A program made the translations under genes and the position numbers. The notes beneath the pieces are model-generated. The model was not told where the DNA came from. It saw only the letters and a program-made list of their open reading frames with translations, and did no database searches. A DNA stretch of 63,589 nt, the filler included, from an uncultured Methanosarcinales archaeon (GTDB lineage Archaea; Nanobdellota; Nanobdellia; Woesearchaeales; CAYZNE01), in assembly GCA_964405295.1 (NCBI GenBank). It is 5 parts of 4 records of this genome, joined end to end, with 100 filler letters (N's around TTAATTAATTAA, not from the genome) between each part and the next. Parts side by side here need not be neighbours in the genome. Positions count along the whole stretch, not along the records: positions 11,045 to 42,817 come from CAYONI010000002.1; 4 more parts are not named here. One strand, written 5' to 3'. The stretch's first letter is position 1; every line of letters begins with the position of its first letter. Positions 29,741 through 39,795 of the stretch are shown piece after piece.

Positions 29741-31222
29741 TTACCCAAATATATTTTTTTTATGTTCTTGATGGGCTTTTATAACTAATGAAAAATAGAT
29801 TGGTATAACTAATATTATGTTTACTAATGTAACTATAATAAATATGTTTTTTAATCCATAATAATAAGCTATTATCGAGAATATTATTATGATTATTGGG
29901 CTGATAAGTGACATCATTTGATTTATTGCAGAGAAATATGTTTTTTTCTCTTCTTCCTCAAGGCTATTTTGAACTATAAAAGATTGAATTACTGCTAAAG
30001 ATGATGCTCCAAGAACTGCAATTGAATGAGAAATTATTAATCCATTATAAGATACTCCAAGGTATATACTCAATGGAAATATTGATATAAGTAATATGCT
30101 GAAAATAAGCATAGGGGTTTTACCAAAAATTCCTGCCATACCTCTTGCAATGCTGGGTGCAATACTTGCAACAATAATACCAACACCAAATATTATTGCA
30201 ACATGAAAAAAGGGGTTGCTTATAGTTCCACTTAAATTTCTAAAAATATAAATCCCTGAGAATGTGGAAATTAGTGTTTGCATCGAACCTGAGAATAGAG
30301 TTCCATAAAACATTGTTTTGATATTCTTATTTCCAAAAAATTTTGAAAGATTAGCCCTTATATTTCGAAAGTATTCTTTAAGAAATCCTGGTTTTTTATT
30401 TCCATCTATATCCAGATTGTTCTTCTTTATATTAATATCTGGTTTTACAAATGAAAACGCGTAACTCGAAAATATAAATGCAAATGCAACAATTTCAAGA
30501 ACTAATAAATAGCCTGAAACTGTAAAGTTTACAAACCCAAAATTAACATTAACTGTATTAAAATCTAATAAGTATGCTGCAGTCATAAATGCTATTGCAG
30601 TAATTATTAAACCAAAATAAGAAACAATTTTTGACGTAACGTGTGATCTCACTCTTGCAAGTTTGTTAATAATATAACTTGAATAAAGGTCTCCATGAAT
30701 AACTACAAATATGGTACTTAAAAGAAAACCAATACTGAATATTAATGATGAACCACTTGCATTTCCAAACGCTATTAATAGCACACTTAATCCAAATAAT
30801 GTTCCAAAGGTTGCTATTCTTTTTTTGCTGACATTATATTTTTTATTATACTCTTTATTCATGGATGAAACTGATAGCGTTATTAAACTTCTTATTGCAG
30901 CAACAATTCCAATAAAAATTATTGGCGTGCCAAGAATAAATAACAATATATATATTAACATTGGTGATGCAAATCCATAACCTATTCTATCAAAGAAATC
31001 TTTAAATAAAACAATGTTTGCATTGCCATTTCTAATTGATCTAGAATTTTTTGAAACGTTATGTATTGCAGAATCTATTTCATTGTCATTATAGCCTCTT
31101 CTGCTTAGTTCAAGTTTGACACTATGAGGGCTCATATTTTGAAGCAAGCCTTTGACTTCTGAACCTAATGTGTTTTCATTTAAATTTGATAAGTAATTTA
31201 GTCCAGGCCTATTTTCATTCAT
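29741..31222 (-). CDS. MFS-like transporter with soluble N-terminal helical domain
   Basis: About 12 hydrophobic segments in two halves with a central loop. Confidence 0.75.
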   Translation of the reverse strand: MNENRPGLNYLSNLNENTLGSEVKGLLQNMSPHSVKLELSRRGYNDNEIDSAIHNVSKNSRSIRNGNANIVLFKDFFDRIGYGFASPMLIYILLFILGTPIIFIGIVAAIRSLITLSVSSMNKEYNKKYNVSKKRIATFGTLFGLSVLLIAFGNASGSSLIFSIGFLLSTIFVVIHGDLYSSYIINKLARVRSHVTSKIVSYFGLIITAIAFMTAAYLLDFNTVNVNFGFVNFTVSGYLLVLEIVAFAFIFSSYAFSFVKPDINIKKNNLDIDGNKKPGFLKEYFRNIRANLSKFFGNKNIKTMFYGTLFSGSMQTLISTFSGIYIFRNLSGTISNPFFHVAIIFGVGIIVASIAPSIARGMAGIFGKTPMLIFSILLISIFPLSIYLGVSYNGLIISHSIAVLGASSLAVIQSFIVQNSLEEEEKKTYFSAINQMMSLISPIIIIIFSIIAYYYGLKNIFIIVTLVNIILVIPIYFSLVIKAHQEHKKNIFG

Positions 31223-31386
31223 AGTAATTGTTTTGTTGGTGTAGTTTTTAAAGCTTTTTCATTATTTGACTATTATACACTTTTATTGTGAATTAATTAT
31301 TAACTACTTTAGAATGATTCCGTTTTATCTTATTATTCTCTTTAAAAACCACAATATTTAAAAGAAAGACTTGCTAATTCTACACT

Positions 31387-32631
31387 ATGCGTAATATAAT
31401 CTATGCGTTTAAAAAAATACTTAACGCTAAATCTGGGAAAATAGGTGAGAAGTGGCAGTATGATGTAGGTAGTTCTATGAGTTCTGGTCCTGTAGTTGCA
31501 GATATTGACGGTGACGGTAATTTTGAAATCATTACAGGAACAAATGATGGTAAGTTAGTTGCTTTAGATCAATCTGGGAAATTAAAATGGTCTTATTCTA
31601 TTACTGAACAAATTGATGAGCTTGAATTAATGTTTCTTGATAATTCTACTATTAATGGTATTGGCAATACTCCTAACACAACAGATCTTTTTGGTAATGG
31701 AAATATAAATATTTTATTCGGAACAGAACTTGGTTATGTTTATTTGTTAGATCATGATGGAAAGTTGGTCTGGAAGTTTAAAACTGGTGGTTCAATTAGA
31801 GGTAGTGTAATTTGTAATAATTTTAATGGATCTGAGAAGAATATTGTTTTTGGGTCTATTGATAAGTATGTTTATTGTTTATCTAAGGATGGTAAATTAC
31901 TATGGAAATTTAATGCTAATTCCGAAGTTGAGGGTTCGCCTGCTGTTTTTGATAATAAAATATTTATTGGTACAGATTCAGGAGATCTTATGTGTTTATC
32001 TAAGGAAGGTGATCTTCTTTGGAAATTTAAGACTAATGGAAAAATTATTGCTCAACCGGTTTCTGATAATTTTGGAACTGATAAGCAAAAAATTGTTTTT
32101 GGTTCAACTGATAATTATCTTTATTGTCTTGATTTGTTAGGAAATTTAGTTTGGAAATTTAAAACAAGCGGAGCGATTTATAGTAAAGTTGTAACTTCTG
32201 ATTTAAATGGCGACAAAATTTCTGAAATTGTTTTTGGTAGTTGTGATAATTTTGTTTATTGTTTAGACTGTAATGGAAAAAAGATTTGGTCTTTTGAAAC
32301 TGATTTTTGGGTCGTTTCAACACCAATTGTATTTGATATTGATCATGATGGAAAAAAAGAAATTATTATTGGTTCTTACGACCATAATATTTATGTCCTT
32401 GATAGTCAAGGAAGTTATTTAATGGATTATGCTCCAGGTATATCTGGAACTGTGACTCAGGCCGGTAGTTATTCAGATGTCATGACCCAACCTCCTGGCA
32501 AGATTATTGGAAAAAAGTTGTGGCAGTTTAATGTTGAAGGTGTTATTGTTGGATGTACTGTGTTGGGTTCAGATATAGTTTTAAACACAAAAAAAGGTCA
32601 CATAAAAACTGTTGGTCATCAAAAAGAATAA
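31387..32631 (+). CDS. PQQ-like/FG-GAP beta-propeller repeat protein without signal peptide
   Basis: Repeated GSxDxxVYCLxxxGKLLWKF blades; DIDGDG/DLNGD loops. Confidence 0.85.
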   Translation: MRNIIYAFKKILNAKSGKIGEKWQYDVGSSMSSGPVVADIDGDGNFEIITGTNDGKLVALDQSGKLKWSYSITEQIDELELMFLDNSTINGIGNTPNTTDLFGNGNINILFGTELGYVYLLDHDGKLVWKFKTGGSIRGSVICNNFNGSEKNIVFGSIDKYVYCLSKDGKLLWKFNANSEVEGSPAVFDNKIFIGTDSGDLMCLSKEGDLLWKFKTNGKIIAQPVSDNFGTDKQKIVFGSTDNYLYCLDLLGNLVWKFKTSGAIYSKVVTSDLNGDKISEIVFGSCDNFVYCLDCNGKKIWSFETDFWVVSTPIVFDIDHDGKKEIIIGSYDHNIYVLDSQGSYLMDYAPGISGTVTQAGSYSDVMTQPPGKIIGKKLWQFNVEGVIVGCTVLGSDIVLNTKKGHIKTVGHQKE

Positions 32632-32651
32632 TTTACAAAAAAGAGGTTAAG

Positions 32652-33443
32652 ATGGTAAATATAAAAAGAATTCCGATGTATATTCAGGGTTTAGACGAAA
32701 ACATCGAGGGGGGAATTCCAGAAAAACATATTGTTCTAGTTTGTGGTTCAGCTGGAACAATGAAATCTTCGATTACGTTTAATGTTTTATATAATGAGGC
32801 TTTAATAGGTAAAACAGGAATATATATTTCTCTAGAGCAGAGTTACGATTCCTTGGTGGAGCATATTAGAAATATGGGTTACGATTTATCAAGAATTAAC
32901 CTAATTCATATAAACGAGTTGCAAAATTTAATTCCAAAGTTACAAGAATACAAGAATTCTAATAAAGGTAATGTGATAATTATAGATTTAGGCTGTATAA
33001 GAAAAGAAATAAAAGATGTTAAAGTTGCAGGAAATAGAAGCTGGATGAATGTGATAAAAAATATTGTTCTAAAGACAAAGCAGGCTCTTCCATCTGAACT
33101 GTTGGCTATTGATAGTTTGTCTGCACTATATGTATTAAGTAAATTTGAAAATCCTAGAATTGAACTGTTCTTTATTTTTGAATTTTTAAGAGATTCAGGA
33201 ATGACTAGTTATTTGATATCTGAAATGCCACTTGATGGAAGTAGGTATTCTCAATATGAAGTGGAAGATTATCTATCTGATGGTATAATTTTTCTAAACC
33301 TTTCTAAACTTAGAAGGACTGTTGTTAGAGAAATAAGGGTTGTTAAGTTGAGAGCAACTGATGCTAATAATGATGTTTTTTCTCTTGAGTTCAAGAATGC
33401 TCAATTCTATGCATTATATGGTGGAAAGACTCCATTGCTTTAG
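32652..33443 (+). CDS. KaiC/RAD55 family ATPase (single domain)
   Basis: GLDENIEGGIP, GSAGTMKS Walker A, AIDSLS Walker B, EDYLSDGII, VVKLRAT; start reset to MVNIK after GAGGT. Confidence 0.85.
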   Translation: MVNIKRIPMYIQGLDENIEGGIPEKHIVLVCGSAGTMKSSITFNVLYNEALIGKTGIYISLEQSYDSLVEHIRNMGYDLSRINLIHINELQNLIPKLQEYKNSNKGNVIIIDLGCIRKEIKDVKVAGNRSWMNVIKNIVLKTKQALPSELLAIDSLSALYVLSKFENPRIELFFIFEFLRDSGMTSYLISEMPLDGSRYSQYEVEDYLSDGIIFLNLSKLRRTVVREIRVVKLRATDANNDVFSLEFKNAQFYALYGGKTPLL

Positions 33444-33489
33444 ATTTAACTTTTTCTTATTTTATTTGTATCTATTTTTAATAATACTA

Positions 33490-33631
33490 ATTAGAAAATA
33501 ATTGTCTCAGCAGTTTCTCTGAGCATTTTGGCTGCTCACTATGTTCGCTAAAATACTCGGCAAAACCAATCACCTCGCTTTGCTCAGTAGATTAGAAAAG
33601 ATTAGAAAATAATTGTCTCAGCAGTTACTCT
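33490..33631. repeat. 31-bp direct repeat (1 mismatch) flanking an 80-bp hairpin-rich insert
   Basis: attagaaaataattgtctcagcagtt[t/a]ctct at 33490 and 33601. Confidence 0.85.
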
Positions 33632-33676
33632 TTGTCATCATTCTTGCGTCAGCCGGGAATAACATCATCATTGACA
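33614..33676 (-). ncRNA. Archaeal C/D-box methylation guide sRNA
   Basis: TGTC-a-ATGATGA-12nt-CTGA-7nt-ATGATGA-13nt-CTGA-GACA; TTTATAAA about 25 nt upstream. Confidence 0.85.
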
Positions 33677-33739
33677 TATCTCTGAATCTTAATAACTTTT
33701 ATAAATTCTATCATTTTCTTTAGTATAAAGCTAATAAAG

Positions 33740-35890
33740 GTGATTAATTTCAAAAATAAAAAAATATTGATAACAAGTGCGTTACCATATGCAAACAATG
33801 TTCCTCATTTAGGGAATATTATTGGTTGTGTTTTAAGTGCAGACGTGTTCGCAAGATTTTGTAGAAGTAAGTATGGAAAAGATAGGGTTTTATACGTTTG
33901 TGGAACAGATGAGCATGGAACAACAACTGAAACAAAAGCAGTTGAATTAGGCATAACCCCTGCTGAAGTCAGTGAAACTTTTCATAAAATTCATATTGAG
34001 ATATACAAATGGTTTGGTTGTTCTTTTGACATTTTTGGAAGAACTTCATCTGAAAATAATCACGAAGTAACAAAAGATATATTTCTTAAACTTGATCAAA
34101 ATGGATTTATAGTTGAAGATGAACTAGAACAATTATATTGTGAAAAATGTAAACGGTATTTGGCAGATAGATTTGTTGAAGGAACCTGCCCTAAATGTGG
34201 TTATGAAAATGCACGAGGAGACCAGTGTGATGGTTGTTCTAATTTGTTGAATGCAATAGAATTAATAAATCCTAAATGTAAGATTTGCAATGGGGCCCCT
34301 ATTATAAAAAAAGAAAATCATTTATTTATCGATCTTCCAAAACTTGCTCCTAAATTAAAGTCCTGGATTGATTCAGTTTCTGAAAATTGGTCTCAGAATG
34401 CAAAAACGATGACGCAAGGTTGGTTAAGGGACGGTCTTAAAAATAGGTGTATTTCAAGAGATTTAAAGTGGGGTATTCCAATACCAAAAAAAGGTTATGA
34501 ACATAAAGTGTTTTATTCTTGGTTTGATGCACCAATAGGGTATATTGGAATAACAAAAGATTTACTCGGTGACAAATATCGAGAGTGGTGGTTGAGTCCT
34601 GAAAATGTCAATTTATTTCAATTTATGGGAAAAGATAATATCCCTTTTCATACAATACTATTTCCAAGTTTTCTGATTGGAACAAAAGAAAATTATACTA
34701 TGTTACACCAAATATCTAGTACTGAGTTTCTTAATTATGAAGATTCAAAATTTTCAAAGAGTAGAGGAACAGGAGTTTTTGGTGATGATGCAATGAAAAC
34801 AGGAATTCCTGCAGATGTATGGAGATACTATTTGTTAAGTAATCGGCCTGAAACTTCAGATACAGTATTTACTTGGCATGGTTTTCAGGAGAAAACCAAT
34901 AATGAATTACTTGCAAATCTTGGTAATTTTGTTAATAGAACTCTAACGTTCTTATTTAGAAATTTAGATGGTGTTGTTCCTGAAAAAACTGAAGATAAAG
35001 AGTTAGAGGTATTATCTAATAATATTTCTGAAAAGCAGAAGGATATTATAAATTCATTAGAAAAAGTAGAATTAAGAAGGTCAATTAATGAGATTTTTGC
35101 ACTATCTAAAATAGGAAATGGATTTTTTCAATCTAGAGAGCCATGGAAGCATAAAGAGGATAAAGCACATCTAAATAATACGTTATATGTTTGTGTAGAT
35201 TTGGTTAGAAGGCTTGCAATTTTAACAGAACCATATCTTCCAAATACGAGCAAAGAAATATTCTCTCAATTAAATTTAGAATCACAAGAGTTTAAAGATT
35301 TAGACAAGGTAATTGAGGTTGGTCATAAGATAAATCAACCAAAAGTTTTATTCCAAAAGTTAGAAGATAAACAAATCAATGAGTTGCATGATAAGTTTTC
35401 TGGAAAAGAATCTAAAGAAATCACAATTAACGATATTGATCTAAGAGTTGCAAAAATAATTAATGTTGAAAAACATCCTAAGGCAGATAAACTTTATATT
35501 GAAGAAATAGACCTTGGTTATGAAAAAAGAACCATTGTTTCTGGTCTTGTTGGTCATTATTCTGTAGAAGAATTAATTGGAAAGAATATTATTATTGTTG
35601 CAAACTTGAAATCTGCAAAACTTCGTGGTGTTAATAGTAAAGGAATGCTTCTTGCTGCATCTAGCGAGGATAAGCAAATCGGATTAATTCTTGCACCTAA
35701 TTCAAAACCCGGTGACAAGGTTTATTTGGAAGGTCAAGAATCAAAGCCTAAAAAACAAATTGATATTGATCAATTTTTTTCAGTAAAGTTGCTTGCAAAA
35801 GAAAATGCAGTTTTGCATGAAGGTAAGAAACTTAAGACTGATGATGAATTCCTGATTGTTGATAAAAATCTTGATGGTCTTGTTGGGTAA
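33740..35890 (+). CDS. metG: Methionine--tRNA ligase with C-terminal tRNA-binding domain
   Basis: ALPYANNVPHLGN, Zn knuckles, KFSKS, HPKADKL. Confidence 0.95.
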   Translation: MINFKNKKILITSALPYANNVPHLGNIIGCVLSADVFARFCRSKYGKDRVLYVCGTDEHGTTTETKAVELGITPAEVSETFHKIHIEIYKWFGCSFDIFGRTSSENNHEVTKDIFLKLDQNGFIVEDELEQLYCEKCKRYLADRFVEGTCPKCGYENARGDQCDGCSNLLNAIELINPKCKICNGAPIIKKENHLFIDLPKLAPKLKSWIDSVSENWSQNAKTMTQGWLRDGLKNRCISRDLKWGIPIPKKGYEHKVFYSWFDAPIGYIGITKDLLGDKYREWWLSPENVNLFQFMGKDNIPFHTILFPSFLIGTKENYTMLHQISSTEFLNYEDSKFSKSRGTGVFGDDAMKTGIPADVWRYYLLSNRPETSDTVFTWHGFQEKTNNELLANLGNFVNRTLTFLFRNLDGVVPEKTEDKELEVLSNNISEKQKDIINSLEKVELRRSINEIFALSKIGNGFFQSREPWKHKEDKAHLNNTLYVCVDLVRRLAILTEPYLPNTSKEIFSQLNLESQEFKDLDKVIEVGHKINQPKVLFQKLEDKQINELHDKFSGKESKEITINDIDLRVAKIINVEKHPKADKLYIEEIDLGYEKRTIVSGLVGHYSVEELIGKNIIIVANLKSAKLRGVNSKGMLLAASSEDKQIGLILAPNSKPGDKVYLEGQESKPKKQIDIDQFFSVKLLAKENAVLHEGKKLKTDDEFLIVDKNLDGLVG

Positions 35891-35973
35891 TTTTGATTTA
35901 TACTATTAAATGTTTCTTAAATATAAGCAATACCTTTTTAAATCATAAAAGCAAGTTTATGCTGTGAATATAA

Positions 35974-36477
35974 ATGGTTGTAGATTATGATGATGAAGAT
36001 TTGGCTGAGAATGAAGATTATATTAAATCTGCCCAGGAAGAATTGAAAAGAGTTGAACATCAAGTTTATGTTACTTTAAAATATACTAGGACTGTCGATG
36101 TGCTGCTTAATCTTTTGGAAAGAATGATTAGTTCTTATGATGAGTTAATTAATGCTCTTTTATTTCTTAAATCTGATGATGAAAACTCATTTAAAAATTT
36201 ATCAATTTTAGAAAAAGTTAATTCTGCTAAAGAATTATATCCAGATGTCCAAGTGGAAGAAAATCTTGATATTTACTTATTATTAAGAAAAATTGTTAAA
36301 GCAAAAAACATAACTAAAGCTAGCGAATACAGAAGACCAGTAAATTTATCGACTATTATCGATGGTAACGAAATTGTTATTGACATAGATATTGTAACTC
36401 ATTATTATGCTGTAATCATGAGTTTTTACAAATATGTTGAGCTTTTATATAAGAACGAAGAGCTTGGTGTTGATTAA
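35974..36477 (+). CDS. Hypothetical protein
   Basis: 167-aa ORF with upstream TATA; EELKRVEHQVYVTLKYTRT segment. Confidence 0.65.
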   Translation: MVVDYDDEDLAENEDYIKSAQEELKRVEHQVYVTLKYTRTVDVLLNLLERMISSYDELINALLFLKSDDENSFKNLSILEKVNSAKELYPDVQVEENLDIYLLLRKIVKAKNITKASEYRRPVNLSTIIDGNEIVIDIDIVTHYYAVIMSFYKYVELLYKNEELGVD

Positions 36478-36491
36478 TTATTTATTTTTAG

Positions 36492-37277
36492 GTGAGAATG
36501 AAAAAGATTCATAAAATTGCAATAGTTTCTGGAAAGGGTGGTGCTGGTAAGACCACCATAACAGTTAATCTAGGTCTTGCATTATATAATCTTGGTGCAA
36601 ATATAATACTTTTAGATGGAAACATAACCACCCCTAATTTAGGTTTATATATGGGTATACTAAAGACTCCAACATCATTAAATGATGTATTGTCTGATAG
36701 AGCTGATATTTCTGATACTATATTCACACATAGTTCTGGTTTGGGTATAGTATCAAGTGATCTTGCAGTTGATGCGATGAATGATATTGATTTTAGAAAA
36801 ATAAAAAATGTTCTTCCGGATTTAGGTAATCATGCTGACCTTTTGCTTGTTGATACTGCTGCGACTCTTGGAAGTGAAACACAGAGGGTTTTAGAGGCTG
36901 TTGATGAAATAATTATTGTTACGAATCAAGATAAAGGTGCACTGGTTGATGCTCTTAAGACAATTGGTACAGCTAAAAGGATAGGAACCCCTGTTATTGG
37001 GGTTATAATCAATAGAGTTAAAAAGAAATTAGATTATTCTAGAATAGAAAACTTTTTAGGTATTCCAATTATTGGTACGATTAAGCACGATGAAAAATTC
37101 TCTAAGTCAACTGAGAAGGGAAAAATATACTTAGAAACTTACAAAACAAATAATGTAAATAGATTTTACGAAATTGCAGCAAGGTTTTTGGGTGATAGTT
37201 ACACTGTTAAATTAAAAAAAGAGAAAGATTCATTGTTTCAGTATATATTAAGACAGATTGGTTTATTGCCAAGGTAG
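36492..37277 (+). CDS. MinD/ParA family ATPase
   Basis: SGKGGAGKTT deviant Walker A, LLVDTAA, GVIINRV. Confidence 0.85.
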   Translation: MRMKKIHKIAIVSGKGGAGKTTITVNLGLALYNLGANIILLDGNITTPNLGLYMGILKTPTSLNDVLSDRADISDTIFTHSSGLGIVSSDLAVDAMNDIDFRKIKNVLPDLGNHADLLLVDTAATLGSETQRVLEAVDEIIIVTNQDKGALVDALKTIGTAKRIGTPVIGVIINRVKKKLDYSRIENFLGIPIIGTIKHDEKFSKSTEKGKIYLETYKTNNVNRFYEIAARFLGDSYTVKLKKEKDSLFQYILRQIGLLPR

Positions 37278-37285
37278 GTGTTCAA

Positions 37286-38311
37286 ATGAAAAAAAATAAA
37301 TATTTATTATTAATTACAATTGTTATAATTATAGTTTTATCTTATTCTGTGTTTGCGGAATCTCGATCTCTTAGTTATGAAGGTTTTACTTCACCAAATG
37401 GAGTTTCTGAGGATTGTAGATGTAAAGAATTTTGTGAGGTAGATTTTAAGTGTTTCTTTGGTGTTTGTGATAATGCAACTTTAGATGCGTTGAATTGCAC
37501 TAATCCTTCTGCAAGCAGTAGATATGAACGTGCAGAAAGGTGTCCTGTTTGCCCTGCTTGTGATCTTTGGCCTGATTGTACATACGAGTCTGAGGGGCAA
37601 CCTAATGTTTTTAGGTCACCTGAAGAGGATATTATTTGTCAAGAATATTATGATTATTTAATTAATACTGATCCTTATTGTATGCAAACTATTAATTATA
37701 CAGTTAATGATTCAGATGGTTACCCTGTTACTCAGGTAAATCTTCTTTTAGGGTCTTTAATTGATGGAATAGATTATTCTAATGTTTTTGATAGTAATAA
37801 TAATAATCGTGATTCAAGTGGTGAGGCAGAGATACCTCGTTGTCAAGGTAGTGAAATTATTACGATGATTGCTGCCAAGCAGGGGTATGATGCAGATGTT
37901 AAAGAATTGAATGTTTCTAATGATGAAGATTATGGTAAAGTTTATGTAAATTTTACTTTGCCTCTTGGAACTTGTCATGTAGATTGCACAGATTCATTTA
38001 ATAGGTGTAATCCTGAGTGTGAAGGATTTACTGTTGATAATGTGGATATTTGTAATTATCATCAACATCTTGTAAATGGTAAGAATATAACTCAGATGTG
38101 TGCATATAAGCCAATTGGTACAGATGTTGTTTTAGATATTCAGGACGATAAATATGTTGTTGTCGAATGTTGTGAAGGTCTTCCAAGGGATATTCCAAGG
38201 CCAACATACGATATTCGATTAGTTAATGATGATAATCTTGTTTCTATTCAGAAACCTGTTAGATTGGATAATGGTGAGCAAGCAAAATTAAGTATATTTT
38301 ATTGGAATTAA
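37286..38311 (+). CDS. Cys-rich secreted protein
   Basis: Signal peptide ending VFA; many Cys; beta-rich central domain. Confidence 0.7.
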   Translation: MKKNKYLLLITIVIIIVLSYSVFAESRSLSYEGFTSPNGVSEDCRCKEFCEVDFKCFFGVCDNATLDALNCTNPSASSRYERAERCPVCPACDLWPDCTYESEGQPNVFRSPEEDIICQEYYDYLINTDPYCMQTINYTVNDSDGYPVTQVNLLLGSLIDGIDYSNVFDSNNNNRDSSGEAEIPRCQGSEIITMIAAKQGYDADVKELNVSNDEDYGKVYVNFTLPLGTCHVDCTDSFNRCNPECEGFTVDNVDICNYHQHLVNGKNITQMCAYKPIGTDVVLDIQDDKYVVVECCEGLPRDIPRPTYDIRLVNDDNLVSIQKPVRLDNGEQAKLSIFYWN

Positions 38312-38329
38312 ATTATTATAAGATATAAG

Positions 38330-38614
38330 GTGATTATTATGTTTAAACAAGAACCACTAAGTAGTACATATATGCTCATAAGTCTTATGGGTTTTATAGT
38401 TAGTGCGATTATGATTGATGTTGTGCCTTCTTGGGCTTTTGCATTTATGATGGTGTTCATAGTGATGTTTATTTCTTCTGTTATAAGCATGAGCAATGTT
38501 CCTTTTGAGTATCCGGACTTGCTTGAAGAATTAAATGTGCATGATCCAATGCATCATAAAAAGAAGTGGTTAAAATCTACTAAGAAGAAACCAAAGAGGA
38601 AGTATAAAAAATAA
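38330..38614 (+). CDS. Small two-TM membrane protein with basic tail
   Basis: AGGTG RBS; two hydrophobic segments. Confidence 0.65.
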   Translation: MIIMFKQEPLSSTYMLISLMGFIVSAIMIDVVPSWAFAFMMVFIVMFISSVISMSNVPFEYPDLLEELNVHDPMHHKKKWLKSTKKKPKRKYKK

Positions 38615-38631
38615 TTGAGTGTCGTGTTAAA

Positions 38632-38976
38632 ATGGCAAATTATTATTCATATGAAGATGGCGAAAAATTAAAGTCTTTAAAGTATGAAGTAAATTTAATA
38701 ACAAAAGAAAAACTCGAATCTTACTTTAAGATTACTGCTGAAGCATTAGAAAAGATTGATAATTCTGAAGTCGATGAAGAGCGTAAAGCTCAAGTTGATG
38801 ATTTTCTTCTTATGGCAGTTTCGTACTATAATGATGCAAAACATTTTGCATTTGAGAAAAAGAATTTTGTTCTAGCGTTTGCAACACTCAATTATGCTCA
38901 TGCATGGTTGGATGCAGGTGCAAGAATTGGTTTATTTAAGGTGAAGGATTCTCGATTGTTTACTGTAGATGATTGA
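38632..38976 (+). CDS. DUF357 family protein
   Basis: SYYNDAKHF...AFATLNYAHAWLDAGARIG. Confidence 0.8.
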   Translation: MANYYSYEDGEKLKSLKYEVNLITKEKLESYFKITAEALEKIDNSEVDEERKAQVDDFLLMAVSYYNDAKHFAFEKKNFVLAFATLNYAHAWLDAGARIGLFKVKDSRLFTVDD

Positions 38977-39079
38977 ATAGAATTAATAAATTTTTATTCT
39001 TCTTATTTTTTAAGTTTAAGACAAAAGAAAATAAAAATCAATAAGATTTTTTGTCCTTTTTATATAAAGAAAAGAGAAT

Positions 39080-39131
39080 AGGCTCTTCATTCTTGGGGGT
39101 TAGGGGTGTTAAGAATTTAGCTGAAGAGCCT
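39080..39131. other. Stem-loop with G-rich loop between convergent genes
   Basis: aggctcttca-ttctt-gggggttaggggtgtt-aagaa-tttagc-tgaagagcct. Confidence 0.55.
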
Positions 39132-39184
39132 TTTCTAACGTGAATTTGTGAGTTTTAATATACGAATACTGACAACCTTTGTTG

Positions 39185-39595
39185 TTACCTCTTTATCCCG
39201 AGTGGACTTCGTCTTAATTCTTGTAGCCACATTAATCCAACTCTCATCATGTTTTTATTGAATTTTTCTGAGAGTTTGTATGTTTTTTTGAAATTGTCAT
39301 AATTGATAAGACCCATTGTTTTCATTGGTGTCAGTATTCGATCATAAAATTGTCTTTTATTGTATGATATTCTTTTGGCTTTTGTTATGCCTTTCAAACC
39401 TTTTCTTTCAGGTGCAGTTGTTATTCCTTCATGCAGTGATGTTGCGAACATTGACATTTGAGTTTTTCCTATTTCTCCTTCATGCATTTTCATTTCTATT
39501 ACAAGGAGTTTAGCTACCTCTACTTGTTGTGACGTAGCAAATACGATCTCATAAATGTCATCAGGTAGGTTAAATTGGTCGAATAATATTACCAT
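39185..39595 (-). CDS. Hypothetical protein, possible winged-helix
   Basis: FYDRILTPMKTMGLINYD...YKLS wing-like C-terminus. Confidence 0.65.
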   Translation of the reverse strand: MVILFDQFNLPDDIYEIVFATSQQVEVAKLLVIEMKMHEGEIGKTQMSMFATSLHEGITTAPERKGLKGITKAKRISYNKRQFYDRILTPMKTMGLINYDNFKKTYKLSEKFNKNMMRVGLMWLQELRRSPLGIKR

Positions 39596-39795
39596 TTTTA
39601 GTTTAAAGTTCTCTTTTTAATTATTAATAGTATAGCTTATATATAAATGTTACTATTTTGTATACTGGTTTACTAAAACAATATATAGATTTAGTATATT
39701 AGCAACTAGTATCGATATTAATTTATTACTAGGTAATCCCAAAAAATTTATAAACAACCGGTTCATTCCTATGTTAAATTAACTATTATTATTAG

